Positions 40,644 to 51,635 of a DNA stretch of 64,000 bases are shown piece by piece. The translations under genes and the position numbers were made by a program. Position 1 is the stretch's first letter; the number at the start of each line of letters is the position of its first letter. Source of the stretch: Deltaproteobacteria bacterium (GTDB lineage Bacteria > CG2-30-53-67); assembly GCA_013151235.1 (NCBI GenBank), contig JAADIO010000046.1, forward strand, positions 1-64,000, read 5' to 3'. Below the pieces are notes generated by a model. That model made no database searches and was not told the DNA's origin. It saw nothing but the letters and a program-made list of their open reading frames with translations.

Positions 40644-41816
40644 ATGGTGAGAACCGGCCTTGACGAGATCCGGAGTGGACTTCCCTCCTTCCTGAAAGAA
40701 GACCGTATCGGTCTCCTGGCCCACCCGGCCTCGGTGGACTCCCGACTCGTCCATGCCCGGGAGATCTGTTCGAAAATCTTTTCAAACCGGCTGACGGTCC
40801 TCTTTTCCCCCCAACACGGCATCTTCGGCGAACAACAGGACAACATGGTCGAATCCGCACACGGGATCGATCCGGACCTGGGGATCCCGGTTTACAGCCT
40901 CTATTCCGAAGTCCGGAAACCGACGCCGGAGATGTTCAGCGAAATCGATACGTTGGTGGTGGATCTCCAGGATGTGGGGACCCGGGTCTATACCTTCATC
41001 TACACACTGGCCAACTGTATGGATGCGGCACGGGAGGCCGGGATCCGGATCGTGGTCCTTGACCGGCCCAATCCGATCGGCGGAATTGCCGTGGAAGGGA
41101 ATCTTCTTCGGGAAGATCATTCCTCCTTCGTCGGACGATTCCCCATTCCCATGCGCCACGGCATGACGATCGGTGAACTGGCCGGGATGTTCAATAACGC
41201 CTTCGGGATCGGTTGCGATCTGGAGGTGATTTCCATGCGGGGATGGCGGCGGGGGATGTATTTTGCAGAGACCGGTCTTCCCTGGGTTTTGCCGTCGCCC
41301 AACCTTCCCACACCGGAGACGGCCCTGGTCTATCCCGGTCAGGTTCTTCTGGAGGGGACCAACCTCTCCGAAGGGCGGGGGACGACCCGTCCTTTTGAAC
41401 TTTTCGGGGCGCCCTACCTCGATACGAAAAGGGCGGCGGAACGTCTGGCGGCATACGATCTTCCCGGCGTCATTTTCCGGGAGCACCATTTTCTTCCCAC
41501 CTTCCAGAAGTGGGAGGGAACCCTCTGTCATGGGTTCCAACTCCATGTGACCGACCGGAAGGCCTTCCGGCCTTATCGCTCGACCCTGGCCGTTCTCCAG
41601 TCGGTTTTATCCTCCTGCCCGGGGAAATTTGAATGGCGGAAGCCCCCTTATGAATATGAGACGAAGAAGCTTCCCATTGATATCCTGACAGGCGACCCTG
41701 CCGTCCGTGAAGCCCTGGAAGGGAGGATCGATCCCGTGCGGATGGAAAGGGGATGGGAAGAGGACCTCTCAGCCTTCCGAAAAGATCGGCGGAAGTATCT
41801 CCTCTATCCGGATTGA
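40644..41816 (+). CDS. DUF1343 / NamZ-family exo-beta-N-acetylmuramidase
   Basis: FSPQHG, DLQDVGTRVYT, LDRPNP, RHGMTIGE, SEGRGTTRPFE. Confidence 0.88.
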   Translation: MVRTGLDEIRSGLPSFLKEDRIGLLAHPASVDSRLVHAREICSKIFSNRLTVLFSPQHGIFGEQQDNMVESAHGIDPDLGIPVYSLYSEVRKPTPEMFSEIDTLVVDLQDVGTRVYTFIYTLANCMDAAREAGIRIVVLDRPNPIGGIAVEGNLLREDHSSFVGRFPIPMRHGMTIGELAGMFNNAFGIGCDLEVISMRGWRRGMYFAETGLPWVLPSPNLPTPETALVYPGQVLLEGTNLSEGRGTTRPFELFGAPYLDTKRAAERLAAYDLPGVIFREHHFLPTFQKWEGTLCHGFQLHVTDRKAFRPYRSTLAVLQSVLSSCPGKFEWRKPPYEYETKKLPIDILTGDPAVREALEGRIDPVRMERGWEEDLSAFRKDRRKYLLYPD

Positions 41817-41842
41817 CAACCACCCTTCTCTCTCCTTATACT
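41813..41842 (+). promoter_or_regulatory. Sigma70 promoter for sthA
   Basis: TTGACA-N18-TATACT. Confidence 0.6.
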
Positions 41843-41871
41843 GTGAACTTAATCTTCAGACCGGAGGTGCC

Positions 41872-43260
41872 ATGAAAGCATACGATGTCCTGGTGATCGG
41901 TTCGGGACCGGCGGGCCAAAAGGGTGCTATCCAGGCGGCGAAGCTGGGAAAGCGTGTTGCCGTCTTCGAAAAAGAGGCCTTTATCGGAGGAGCGGGTCTG
42001 CAGACCGGGACGATCCCGAGCAAGACCCTGCGGGAGACGGCCCTTTATTTGTCCGGTCTGAAACAGCGGTCCGTCTATGGTTTCCAGTGTATCTTGGGAA
42101 AAAACGTCCAGTTCCAGGAGCTGATGCACCGGAAGGAGACGGTTGTTCAGCGTCAGATGGAGGTCATCATCGACCAGTTTGCCCGGAACAACGTGGAGAT
42201 TATCTACGGAACAGCCGTCTTTGAGGAGCCTCATATACTCCGGGTGAAAAATCGTCAGGGGGAAACGGAACGCTTCCGGGGGGAGGTGATCCTTGTTACC
42301 GTCGGCTCCCGTCCGAACCGTCCCCCGGAAGTCCCCTTCGATGGTCATTCCGTTTATGACAGTGACGGCATCCTCAAAATCGATACCATCCCCGATTCCC
42401 TGACCATCATCGGCGGCGGTGTCATCGGTTGTGAGTATGCCTCGGTCTTTGCCTGTCTCGGAACGAGGGTAACGATCGTGGAGAAGAAGGATCGCCTTCT
42501 CGGTTTTGCCGATGAGGAGATCGTGAACTCTCTTGTCTACTGGATGCGTCATGCCGGTATCGCCATGCGTCTTGGCGAGGGGGTGGACCGGATTGATGTT
42601 GAACACCCCGGACGGGTCGTGGCGCAACTGGCCGGCGGGAAACAGGTCGTCTCGGAAAAGCTCCTCTTTACCCTGGGCCGGAACGCCAACACCAAGGGGC
42701 TCGGACTGGAGGAGGTGGGAGTGAAACTCGGCAAGCGGGGACGGATCGAGGTCGATTCGGATTACCGGACGAATATTTCCGGGATCTTTGCCGCAGGCGA
42801 CGTGATCGGCGGACCCAGCCTGGCCTCCACTTCCATGGAGCAGGGACGGCAGGCCATGTGCGCCGCCCTGATGCAGGAGTGTCCGGTCACCGGAGTGGCG
42901 AACCAACTTCCCTACGGGATCTACACGATTCCCGAGATCTCCATGTTCGGCGAGACCGAAGCCGGCCTGACGGAACAGGGTATTCCCTATGAAATCGGTC
43001 AGGCCTTTTTCAGTGAGGTCGCCCGGGGGCAGATCATCGGCGACAGTTACGGGATGCTCAAACTCCTTTTCCATCGGGAGACGCGGAAACTTTTAGGTAT
43101 CCATATCATTGGGGAACGGGCCACGGAGATCATCCATATCGGTCAGGCCGTGATGAGCAACGAGGGGACCATTGATTATTTCGTTAATACGGTTTTTAAT
43201 TATCCAACCCTCTCCGACGCCTACAAGGTGGCGGCATTGAACGGGATCAACCGGCTGTAA
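41872..43260 (+). CDS. sthA: Soluble pyridine nucleotide transhydrogenase
   Basis: [40 protein letters not shown]. Confidence 0.92.
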   Translation: MKAYDVLVIGSGPAGQKGAIQAAKLGKRVAVFEKEAFIGGAGLQTGTIPSKTLRETALYLSGLKQRSVYGFQCILGKNVQFQELMHRKETVVQRQMEVIIDQFARNNVEIIYGTAVFEEPHILRVKNRQGETERFRGEVILVTVGSRPNRPPEVPFDGHSVYDSDGILKIDTIPDSLTIIGGGVIGCEYASVFACLGTRVTIVEKKDRLLGFADEEIVNSLVYWMRHAGIAMRLGEGVDRIDVEHPGRVVAQLAGGKQVVSEKLLFTLGRNANTKGLGLEEVGVKLGKRGRIEVDSDYRTNISGIFAAGDVIGGPSLASTSMEQGRQAMCAALMQECPVTGVANQLPYGIYTIPEISMFGETEAGLTEQGIPYEIGQAFFSEVARGQIIGDSYGMLKLLFHRETRKLLGIHIIGERATEIIHIGQAVMSNEGTIDYFVNTVFNYPTLSDAYKVAALNGINRL

Positions 43261-43322
43261 AGAATGGCTTAACCCGTTCAGGCCGTTTCAACCGAAAAGC
43301 CCATGTGAATTTGAGGCGGCAC

Positions 43323-44282
43323 ATGAAAGGAAAGAACATGCCGGATAAAAAAGGAGAAACCGTAGAGCGGCAAGGTGTAACCCTCCATCTGAGCCGTCCC
43401 GTGGAAGAGTCTGTCCGCTGGATCGGCCAGAAAGAGATTTTGCAGCAGCTTCTGGCCTGCTGGCTGGTGGTTGACGAAAAGGATCTTCCCCTCTCCCCCC
43501 GGATCACCGGTTTCCCGGGGATCGGCAAAACCACCCTCGCCATGGCGGCTGCCGCCCTGCGGGAGCAGCCGTTATTCGTTTACCAGTGTACCAGCGATAC
43601 CCGGCCCGAGGATCTTCTCGTAACGCCGGTCCTTTCTGAAGCGGGGAGGATCACCTACCATGCCTCCCCCCTGGTCAGTGCCATGCTGACGGGTGGGATC
43701 TGTGTTCTCGACGAAGGCAACCGGATGAACGAGAAGAGCTGGGCCTCGCTCGCCTCTCTCCTTGATTATCGTCGAACGGTGGAATCGATCGTGGCGGGGA
43801 TTACCCTCTCCGCCGATCCGGCCTTTCGATGCTGTGTCACGATGAACGAGGACGAGTCGACATTTGAAATCCCCGACTATATCCTCTCTCGGCTCCATCC
43901 GACCCTGGCCCTCGGGTTCCCGGAGAAGGAGGAAGAGATGGCGATTCTCCGGTATCATCTTCCGTTTGCCGATCAGGAGATCCTCGCCATGACTGTTGAT
44001 TTTCTTCATCGCTCTCACGACCTGAATCTCGATTTTTCCCCTCGCGACGGGATCCAGATCGTGCGTTATGCCATTAAACGGCTGAGCCAGGATCCCGATC
44101 ACCCCCTTTCTCGGGATCGTTTCTGGCGGGAGTCCGTCGAAAAGGTTCTGGGTGAGGACGCCCTGAATATGGAAAAACTGGCGGAACGGAAAAAAGCCGC
44201 CTTTGGAGATGAACCCTCCGCCTTCGGCCTGGGGGACTTCTTCTTCGGTGAAGGGGATCCCCTGAATCCGGACAGGGATTAG
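43323..44282 (+). CDS. MoxR-like AAA+ ATPase
   Basis: Walker A GFPGIGKT, Walker B VLDEGNR, sensor-1 VTMN, Arg finger LSRL; start could be 43338. Confidence 0.88.
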   Translation: MKGKNMPDKKGETVERQGVTLHLSRPVEESVRWIGQKEILQQLLACWLVVDEKDLPLSPRITGFPGIGKTTLAMAAAALREQPLFVYQCTSDTRPEDLLVTPVLSEAGRITYHASPLVSAMLTGGICVLDEGNRMNEKSWASLASLLDYRRTVESIVAGITLSADPAFRCCVTMNEDESTFEIPDYILSRLHPTLALGFPEKEEEMAILRYHLPFADQEILAMTVDFLHRSHDLNLDFSPRDGIQIVRYAIKRLSQDPDHPLSRDRFWRESVEKVLGEDALNMEKLAERKKAAFGDEPSAFGLGDFFFGEGDPLNPDRD

Positions 44283-44285
44283 AAA

Positions 44286-46112
44286 ATGTTTCGTCTCAGC
44301 CCCTCCCTGACCCTCCTGCCCGTCATTCATGAGAGTGGGGACTACGCTCTTACGGTTCGTGAGATGATTCTTGACGGCGATTACGACTGTCTGGCCGTGG
44401 CCCTTCCTCCTTCCTTCGCAGAGGGGGTCCTCCGGGGGATTGATCACTTGCCGGAGATCTCGGTCGTTGTACAAAGGGAACCGGGCGCGCAGGGTTCCAT
44501 GAACTATGTTCCCATTGACCCCTGTCAGGGGATGATCATGGGGATCCGGATTGCCATGCAGGAGCGTATTCCCTGTGAGTTTATCGACCGGGAACTCGAC
44601 CTCTACGAAGTTTATGAGGGCGCTTTTCCCGACCCCTACGCATTGAAAAGGGTTCCCCCCGGTCGATTCCTTGCAGCCCTTCTCCCGGCGATTGAACGAC
44701 CGGCACCGGAGAGCCGGCGGACGCAGCGGATTGCCGCCATGGCCTATCGGCTCCATCTTTTAGAGGAGCACTATCATCATGTTCTTTTCCTCTGCTCCGT
44801 TCTCGACTGGCCCTGGATCCGGGAAGCCTGGCGGGAGGGAAGGCCCTTCTCTCCGGATGAGCCGGTTCTCCCCGATGCCCGGCTTCATCGGGTCTCCGCG
44901 CGCACCCTCTTTTTCATGTTGGGCGAACTCCCCTATATCACCTACCTCTACGAAAAGAGCCGGAAAACCCTCACCTCCGATGCCAACCTCTCCATCGACG
45001 GCGTCAAGGAACTGCTCTTAGAGACGCGGCGGCGATGGGAGAGCCGATACGATCTGCAGGAGCACCATCTCAATCCTCAGGTCTTGAACCTCTACATGAA
45101 ATATGTCCGGAACCTGACCCTCATGGAGCGCCGTTTTACGCCCGATCTTTATACCCTTGCCGTGGCGGCGAAACAGATCGGGGGGGACAGCTTCGCCGTC
45201 TCTCTTGTGGAGACGTCCCGGGATTACCCCTATCAGTCTCAGGACGAGGAAGGATACGACGTCATCCGTTTCGGGATGGAGGAGGGGGAGATGGCCGATG
45301 GCGAAGTGGTGACCCTGAAAAACAGACTGGCCGGGGAACCGAAAACCTGGCGGACGCTTCCTCTGAAACCACAGCCGGAGGTACGAAAGCGGACGATCTG
45401 GAAACAACGCTGGAATCCCTTCGGACAGTGTTCCTGGACCCCTGAGGACAACCGGATCGAAAGCTTCAATCTCCATGTCCGGGAACAGTCGAAGGCTCTC
45501 ATCGGAGAAGATCTGGCCCGGACGGAGAAGTTCGTCACCTCCGTCAAGGACGGGATCGATATCCGGGAGACCTTGCGCCACTGGTATGCGCAGGAGATCT
45601 ATGTCAAGGAGATCCCCCCCTCCCGGGGGCACATCGAGGTGGTGGTCCTGCTTTTTGAGAAGGAGGCCGATTCCGATCGTTACGCCTGGCGGCAGACCTG
45701 GTACGCCGAGCATCATGAGGAGTCGACCCTCTGTTTCTATGCCACCCCTTACCTGGGCAACCTCATCGGTCCCGGAATCGGTCAGTCAACCTATGGCGGT
45801 TGTTTCCTCCTCTTCCCTCCCCGGCCGATCCCCAACGTCTGGGAGGATTCCCGCTTCGACTTTGCCCGGACGCTGGAAGAGCGTCTGGTCGCTGGCGCAC
45901 TTTTTCACTCCTCGCAGAAACTGATCACACTCGTCTCCCCCGGACCGCCTTCGGTTCGGATGCGCCGGATCGCCCGGCAGTACCGAAAAAAGATTCTTCA
46001 CATCCCGCTGAGCCGTTTTTCCCTCCAGACCCTCCAGCGGCTGCGGCGGTTTCATGTCTTGAACGGGAAGCATGTCCGGAGCTTTGCGTCGCAGTTTATA
46101 AGGGATTTTTGA
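44286..46112 (+). CDS. Large hypothetical partner of the AAA+ ATPase (TraB/Tiki-like N-terminus, degenerate vWA-like C-terminus)
   Basis: 608-aa ORF 3 bp after the ATPase; LPVIH, CLAVALP, FIDRE and GIDIRETLRH motifs. Confidence 0.7.
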   Translation: MFRLSPSLTLLPVIHESGDYALTVREMILDGDYDCLAVALPPSFAEGVLRGIDHLPEISVVVQREPGAQGSMNYVPIDPCQGMIMGIRIAMQERIPCEFIDRELDLYEVYEGAFPDPYALKRVPPGRFLAALLPAIERPAPESRRTQRIAAMAYRLHLLEEHYHHVLFLCSVLDWPWIREAWREGRPFSPDEPVLPDARLHRVSARTLFFMLGELPYITYLYEKSRKTLTSDANLSIDGVKELLLETRRRWESRYDLQEHHLNPQVLNLYMKYVRNLTLMERRFTPDLYTLAVAAKQIGGDSFAVSLVETSRDYPYQSQDEEGYDVIRFGMEEGEMADGEVVTLKNRLAGEPKTWRTLPLKPQPEVRKRTIWKQRWNPFGQCSWTPEDNRIESFNLHVREQSKALIGEDLARTEKFVTSVKDGIDIRETLRHWYAQEIYVKEIPPSRGHIEVVVLLFEKEADSDRYAWRQTWYAEHHEESTLCFYATPYLGNLIGPGIGQSTYGGCFLLFPPRPIPNVWEDSRFDFARTLEERLVAGALFHSSQKLITLVSPGPPSVRMRRIARQYRKKILHIPLSRFSLQTLQRLRRFHVLNGKHVRSFASQFIRDF

Positions 46113-46134
46113 GCGATACAGGATTAAGGGCGGA

Positions 46135-46320
46135 GGGACAAAGGCACAGACGCCAAGGGCGCGGAGAAGAACCAAAATCAAAGGCAAAAGCAATCAACCA
46201 CGGGGAACACGGGGGACACGGGGAAAGGCAAAACCGGGAAAGCAATTTACCATGAAGACATGAAGGCCATGAAGAGAGGAAGGGCAAATCCCCCTCAGTT
46301 CTCCTTCCGGAAAGAGGAGG
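46135..46320 (+). repeat. Cluster of short intergenic repeats (CACGGGGAA x3, CATGAAG x3)
   Basis: ACCACGGGGAACACGGGGGACACGGGG and ACCATGAAGACATGAAGGCCATGAAG...AGGGCAAAT; second copy at 51620-51855. Confidence 0.65.
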
Positions 46321-46349
46321 TTGTGGTGCCCCTTATGATCAGAAAGCTC

Positions 46350-47255
46350 TCACGGCATCGGCGGTGGCGGGGATTCCTGCAGAAAGTTCAGGAAGGTCTG
46401 GGCCACGTGGGTGTGGAGCTCCTGGTCAAGCCGGATAAAGAGGAAGTTCCGGGAGAGGGGTTCATCACAGATTTCCACGGTTTTTAACGTGCCCTGCCTG
46501 ATCTTCTCCCGGATCGCCCATTTCGAGACGCAGGCGGTGCCGATCCCCTTTTCCACGGCGCTGATGATGAGGTCCGTGCTTGCCGAGGTCATCACGATGT
46601 TGAGATCCGTCGGTTTGATCTTCATTTCCCGAAGTCTGCGCTCCATCATGTGGCGGGTTCCCGATCCTTTCTCCCGCCGGATGAAGGGCTCCTTCATCAG
46701 GTCTTCCCGGGCGATACTCTTTCTCGTTGTCCAGGGGTGGTCTTTTCCCACAATAAGGACCAGTTCATCTTCGCAGAGTTTTTCCGTGAGTACGCCGGGA
46801 TAGAAGACCTGGTCTTCCACCATCCCGACTTCGATCTCTCCTTCGATCAGCGCCTTCAGGATCCCCCGGGTATTTGTGACCCGGTGATTGACATGGATCC
46901 GGGGATATTTCCTCCGAAAGGTGAAGAGGATGTCGGGGAAGACGTAACGGGCCAGGGTCGTGCTGGTCCCCACCGACAAGGTTCCCTTGACCGAGTTGGC
47001 CAGTTCGTCAACCTCTTTACGGGCGGCAGCATGGATATCGAGGATCTCCAGGGCGCGTTTTTCAAACTCCCGTCCGATCAAGGTAAGAGAAACAGCCCCC
47101 CGCTGCCGGTTGACGAGCTGGACCCCTAATTCCTCTTCGAGATTCTTGATGATCCGGCTCACGGCCGATTGGGTGATAAAGTTTTCTTCAGCGGCTCTGG
47201 AAAAATTCAACGTCTTTGCCACGCTGCAGAAGACCTTCAGACGATGATCGTCCAT
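46350..47255 (-). CDS. LysR-family transcriptional regulator (CysL-like)
   Basis: LKVFCSVA..NFSRAAE...TQSAVS..IKNLEEELG, REKGSGTR. Confidence 0.93.
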   Translation of the reverse strand: MDDHRLKVFCSVAKTLNFSRAAEENFITQSAVSRIIKNLEEELGVQLVNRQRGAVSLTLIGREFEKRALEILDIHAAARKEVDELANSVKGTLSVGTSTTLARYVFPDILFTFRRKYPRIHVNHRVTNTRGILKALIEGEIEVGMVEDQVFYPGVLTEKLCEDELVLIVGKDHPWTTRKSIAREDLMKEPFIRREKGSGTRHMMERRLREMKIKPTDLNIVMTSASTDLIISAVEKGIGTACVSKWAIREKIRQGTLKTVEICDEPLSRNFLFIRLDQELHTHVAQTFLNFLQESPPPPMP

Positions 47256-47293
47256 CGTATTCTTTCCGATCAAATTGAAAAAAGCCTGTCAAC

Positions 47294-47386
47294 ATACTAA
47301 AGATCAGGACTTCCGAAGTCAATCCGAATCTGTTTGCTTATGATCTTTTCGCATGGACGGGATCAGTTTTATGAATTTCCCTTCAT
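47294..47386. promoter_or_regulatory. Divergent lysR/nuoA control region with candidate LysR boxes
   Basis: Minus-strand TTGACT-N17-TAGTAT (47294-47322); palindromes ATG-N9-CAT (47340-47354, T-N11-A) and ATGAA-N6-TTCAT (47371-47386). Confidence 0.45.
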
Positions 47387-47442
47387 CTTCCTAATATGCT
47401 TTTATAATAAATCAGGAAATAAAACAGTGTTTGAGGTGAACC

Positions 47443-47832
47443 GTGCTGTACGCATTTGCCGGCGTTTTGGTTTTTATTCTTTTTTCCTTACTTTTTGTGC
47501 GGGGGAGTCTGTTCCTCTCTTCTCTGTTGCGGCCGAAGAGACCTACGGAGCAAAAGGAGATGATCTATGAATGCGGCGAGGATCCCGTCGGGGGCGGCTG
47601 GGTGCAGTACAACGTCCGCTTCTACATCATTGCGGTGATTTTTATCATTTTCGACGTGGAGGTGATCTTCATCTATCCCGTCGCGATGGTTTTCCGGGAG
47701 ATGATCGGGAGAGGAACGGGGCCTTACGTCCTGGGGGAACTCATCGTCTTCGTTCTGATCCTTCTGGCGGGGCTGGTCTATGTCTGGAAGAAGGACGATC
47801 TGAGCTGGGTGAAGACGATCCGCGAAGAGTAA
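47443..47832 (+). CDS. nuoA: Complex I subunit A
   Basis: YECGEDP, FIIFDVE. Confidence 0.95.
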   Translation: MLYAFAGVLVFILFSLLFVRGSLFLSSLLRPKRPTEQKEMIYECGEDPVGGGWVQYNVRFYIIAVIFIIFDVEVIFIYPVAMVFREMIGRGTGPYVLGELIVFVLILLAGLVYVWKKDDLSWVKTIREE

Positions 47833-47888
47833 GGATGCCGTGAAACGGCATCCTCAACGTCTGATGGAAATTGCTGCCGGAGTGTTTC

Positions 47889-48380
47889 ATGGGATTGCTG
47901 GAAAACAAACTGCCGGAAAATGTTTTTTTTACCAAAATTGATCAGTTGACGCTGCGCTGGGGATTGCGCAACTCGCTTTGGTACATGCTCTTTGCCACGG
48001 CCTGCTGTGCGATTGAACTGATGCAGACCGGCATGTCCAGGTACGACTTCGACCGGTTCGGAATGATCCCCAGGGCTACGCCCCGGCAGTCGGATTTGAT
48101 GATCGTAGCCGGGACGGTGACCTACAAGATGGCCCTGCGGATTCGCCGCCTCTACGAGCAGATGCCGGAGCCGAAGTACGTGATCTCCATGGGAAGCTGT
48201 GCCAACTGCGGCGGCGGCTTCGTCCACAGCTACAATGTTTTGAACGGGGTGGACAAGATTATTCCCGTGGATGTCTATGTGCCGGGCTGTCCGCCGCGGC
48301 CCGAGGCGCTGATCGAGGGCTGCCTGAAGTTGATGGACAAGATTGATCGGGAACCGCGGCTGGTGAGGAGTGCGAAATGA
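47889..48380 (+). CDS. nuoB: Complex I subunit B
   Basis: [25 protein letters not shown]. Confidence 0.95.
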   Translation: MGLLENKLPENVFFTKIDQLTLRWGLRNSLWYMLFATACCAIELMQTGMSRYDFDRFGMIPRATPRQSDLMIVAGTVTYKMALRIRRLYEQMPEPKYVISMGSCANCGGGFVHSYNVLNGVDKIIPVDVYVPGCPPRPEALIEGCLKLMDKIDREPRLVRSAK

Positions 48381-48847
48381 TCCGTATCGCGGAAATCGAA
48401 AAGACGATTGAGCAGGAACAGGCCGGCGGGTTGCTTCGATGTGAGAAGGAAGGAGAGTTTCCCCTCCTGTGGGTTGAAAAGGAACAGCTCGTGGCGGTTC
48501 TTCGACTCCTTCGTGACCGTTTCGATTTCGAGTCCCTCATGTGCGAGACGGCGGCCGACAAGGGGAATCATTTTGATCTGATCTATCACCTTTTCTGTAC
48601 GGTCCGCAGGGAGACCCTGGTGATCAAGACGGAGGTTCCCCGCGGGAATCCGCAGGTGGAGACGGCGGAAGAGGTATGGAGCTCGGCCAACTGGTACGAA
48701 CGGGAGATCTTCGATCTGTTCGGTGTGGAGTTCATCGGCCACAGTGACCTGTCAAGGATCCTGCTCCCGCCGGACTGGGTCGGCCATCCCCTCCGGAAGG
48801 ACTACAGCCCGGCCGCGGAGTATCACGGCATGAAAATCGAGTTTTGA
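48377..48847 (+). CDS. nuoC: Complex I subunit C
   Basis: [21 protein letters not shown]. Confidence 0.95.
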   Translation: MIRIAEIEKTIEQEQAGGLLRCEKEGEFPLLWVEKEQLVAVLRLLRDRFDFESLMCETAADKGNHFDLIYHLFCTVRRETLVIKTEVPRGNPQVETAEEVWSSANWYEREIFDLFGVEFIGHSDLSRILLPPDWVGHPLRKDYSPAAEYHGMKIEF

Positions 48848-48881
48848 TGAAACGGTTTAAGACGAAACCCCGAGGTTGAAA

Positions 48882-50012
48882 ATGGCAACCGTACGATCCA
48901 CGTTACGGACACAGGAAATGCTCCTCAACATGGGGCCGCATCATCCGAGTACTCACGGGGTACTGAGGCTGATTCTCCGTCTCGACGGGGAGGTGGTGGA
49001 AGATGTTTTCCCGGATATCGGCTATCTCCACCGGGGGATCGAGAAAATCGGAGAGTCCCTGACCTACAGGCAGTTCATCCCCTACACCGACCGGGTGGAG
49101 TACCTCTCATCGATGAACGTCAATCACCTGTACTGCATGGCCGTGGAAAAACTGGCCGGGATCGAGGTGCCGGAACGGGCGGAATACATCCGGGTGATCA
49201 TGGCGGAGTTGAACCGGATCATCAGCCACATCATCGGCTGCGGGGCGCTTGCCATGGACCTCGGCGCCTTCACCCCATTTCTCTACGGCGTGGTGGAACG
49301 GGAAAAGGTGAACGATCTTTTCGAGATGACCTGCGGCCAGCGGCTGACCTACAATTACATGAGAATCGGCGGGGTCTCGCAGGACCTGCCCGAAGGATTT
49401 GTCGGGAAGTGCAATCTCTTTCTCGACGAGATGAAGTCCCGGTGGGACGAGATCAACCGGCTCATCACCGGAAATGAAATCTTCGTGCGGCGGCTGGCGG
49501 ACGTGGCCGTCCTGACCGTGGAGGACGCCTTCGGTTACAACATCACCGGTCCCAACCTTCGTGCTTCCGGTGTGGACTGGGACCTTCGGCGGGACATGCC
49601 CTACTCGGTCTATGACCGCTTCGGTTTTGATGTTCCCGTGGGCTACGGAGAGCGGGGAACCGTCGGGGACAGCTACGACCGTTATCTCATGCGGGTCCGG
49701 GAGATCTACGAATCCCTCCGGATCGTCCGGCAGGCACTGGACGGACTGCCGGAGGGGGAGGTGCAGGCGAGGGTCCCGAAGATCTTCAAACCGCCCGCAG
49801 GTGAGGTCTATATGAGGGCGGAGAGCCCCAGGGGGGAGATGGCCGTATATATCGAAAGTGACGGTTCGGCCAGGCCTGCACGAATCAAGTTCAAGACCCC
49901 TTCGTTTAATTCTCTGGGGGTGTTCAATAAGATCTGCCGGGGACATATGCTTTCCGACCTCGTGGCCGTGATCGGAAGTTTTGACATCGTCCTCCCGGAA
50001 GTGGACAGGTGA
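48882..50012 (+). CDS. nuoD: Complex I subunit D
   Basis: NMGPHHPSTHGVLR, GYLHRGIEK, ESPRGE, EVDR C-terminus; no NiFe CxxC motifs. Confidence 0.95.
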   Translation: MATVRSTLRTQEMLLNMGPHHPSTHGVLRLILRLDGEVVEDVFPDIGYLHRGIEKIGESLTYRQFIPYTDRVEYLSSMNVNHLYCMAVEKLAGIEVPERAEYIRVIMAELNRIISHIIGCGALAMDLGAFTPFLYGVVEREKVNDLFEMTCGQRLTYNYMRIGGVSQDLPEGFVGKCNLFLDEMKSRWDEINRLITGNEIFVRRLADVAVLTVEDAFGYNITGPNLRASGVDWDLRRDMPYSVYDRFGFDVPVGYGERGTVGDSYDRYLMRVREIYESLRIVRQALDGLPEGEVQARVPKIFKPPAGEVYMRAESPRGEMAVYIESDGSARPARIKFKTPSFNSLGVFNKICRGHMLSDLVAVIGSFDIVLPEVDR

Positions 50013-51106
50013 CGGAGATGGAATCGAGCAGCAGACTCTTCTCGGAATTTCTGCAGCGGAGCCTACACATCAGTCCGGCTCTTGCCGCCGTCTTGTCGCT
50101 GATCGTTGGTGTCGGACTTGGCGTGGCGGCGATTCCCCTGATCCCCGGTTTCGGGAGTTACCTGGAGCGGAAGGTCGCGGCCGACATCCAGCAGCGGATC
50201 GGACCGAACCGGGCGGGGTTCCTTCCCTTCGGGATCATGCAGGTCCTGGCCGACGGGATCAAGACATTGCAGAAGGAAGATCTGATCCCGGCCAAGGCGG
50301 ACCGCTTTCTCTTCCGTGCGGCGCCCTATGTCTGTATCGTCGGGGTTTTCTCCTGCTTTGCTGCGATCCCGTTTTCGGAGTACTGGTACCCGGCGGACCT
50401 GAACATAGGGGTCTATTATATCCTCTGCGTTTCGTCGCTCATGGCGGTCGGGATCGTCCTGGCGGGGTGGGCGTCGAACAACAAATGGACCCTCCTCGGC
50501 GGGATCCGTTCGGCCGGGCAGATGGTGAGCTACGAGATTCCCATCGCCGTGTCGGTGGTGACCGTGGCCATGCACTTCGGTTCCCTCGATCTTGCCGAGA
50601 TTACGGCGGCGCAGAAGAACGGATGGGCCGTCGCTTTCTGGAATACCAATCCTTTTATTACGCTCTCTTTCGTTGTTTACTGGATCGCGGCCCTGGCCGA
50701 ATGCAACCGGACCCCGTTCGATCTTCCGGAGGCAGAGTCGGAATTGGTGGCGGGCTACTTCACGGAGTACAGCGGCCTTCGCTTTTCCTTCTTTGCCATT
50801 GCCGAATATGCCGAAATGTTCGTTGTTTCGGCCATGGCCGTGATCCTCTACTTCGGCGGGTTCACTCTCCCCTTCGAGGGCTCTCTTTCCGTACTGAAGG
50901 GGTTGCCCGGAGGCGGGCTCGCGACGCTTCATTTTGCCGTCTTCCTGGTCAAGGTCTGGTTCATGATCTTTCTCATGATCTGGATCCGCTGGACCCTGCC
51001 CCGCTACCGGATCGACCAGTTGATGGATCTCTGCTGGAAGGGGCTTTTGCCCCTTGCCTTTTTAAACTTCTTAGGGTCGGCCTGTTGGATGGCCCTGATC
51101 GGTTAA
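50009..51106 (+). CDS. nuoH: Complex I subunit H
   Basis: ERKVAA.IQ.RIGPN, NRTPFDLPEAESELVAG, RYRIDQL. Confidence 0.95.
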   Translation: MTEMESSSRLFSEFLQRSLHISPALAAVLSLIVGVGLGVAAIPLIPGFGSYLERKVAADIQQRIGPNRAGFLPFGIMQVLADGIKTLQKEDLIPAKADRFLFRAAPYVCIVGVFSCFAAIPFSEYWYPADLNIGVYYILCVSSLMAVGIVLAGWASNNKWTLLGGIRSAGQMVSYEIPIAVSVVTVAMHFGSLDLAEITAAQKNGWAVAFWNTNPFITLSFVVYWIAALAECNRTPFDLPEAESELVAGYFTEYSGLRFSFFAIAEYAEMFVVSAMAVILYFGGFTLPFEGSLSVLKGLPGGGLATLHFAVFLVKVWFMIFLMIWIRWTLPRYRIDQLMDLCWKGLLPLAFLNFLGSACWMALIG

Positions 51107-51109
51107 GAC

Positions 51110-51589
51110 ATGTTGAAAATGTTCAGGCAGACCGTGAAGACCCTTCGCACCTCCCTCACCGGGATGCGGATTACGGCGCGTTATTTCAAACCGGGCACGG
51201 AGGTAACCCGGGAGTATCCCGAGGTTCCGCCCTTATCCTTTGAGCGAACCCGGGGGCGGATGGATGTGGCCATGGATCGGTGTACCGCCTGCACCTTGTG
51301 TGCGAAGGCCTGTCCCGTGGAGTGCATCACCATCGAGACGGAAAAGAAGCGGGAAGGGAAGGGGAGGCGGGCGGCCCGGTTTGTCATCGATTTTTCCCGG
51401 TGCATGTTCTGCGGGCTCTGTGTGGAGGCCTGTCCTACGAAGGCGATCCGGCATACGGGCAAGTGCGATTTCTCCTCTTATCTGCGGGAAGACCTGGTGG
51501 AGGATTTCGGCATGGGATTCTACACGGAGGAGGAGAAGACAATAAAAACCAAGGCACTAAGGATCAAAGGCACAGAGGGGCAAAGTTGA
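51110..51589 (+). CDS. nuoI: Complex I subunit I
   Basis: CTACTLCAKACP and CMFCGLCVEACP. Confidence 0.93.
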   Translation: MLKMFRQTVKTLRTSLTGMRITARYFKPGTEVTREYPEVPPLSFERTRGRMDVAMDRCTACTLCAKACPVECITIETEKKREGKGRRAARFVIDFSRCMFCGLCVEACPTKAIRHTGKCDFSSYLREDLVEDFGMGFYTEEEKTIKTKALRIKGTEGQS

Positions 51590-51635
51590 AAGTAAAAAGC
51601 AAAGTCTAAACCAAAAGGCATTCACCATGAAGGAT

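Noticed and set aside
48882-50012. Group 4 NiFe hydrogenase large subunit
   Set aside because: No N- or C-terminal CxxC Ni ligands; NuoD motifs are present
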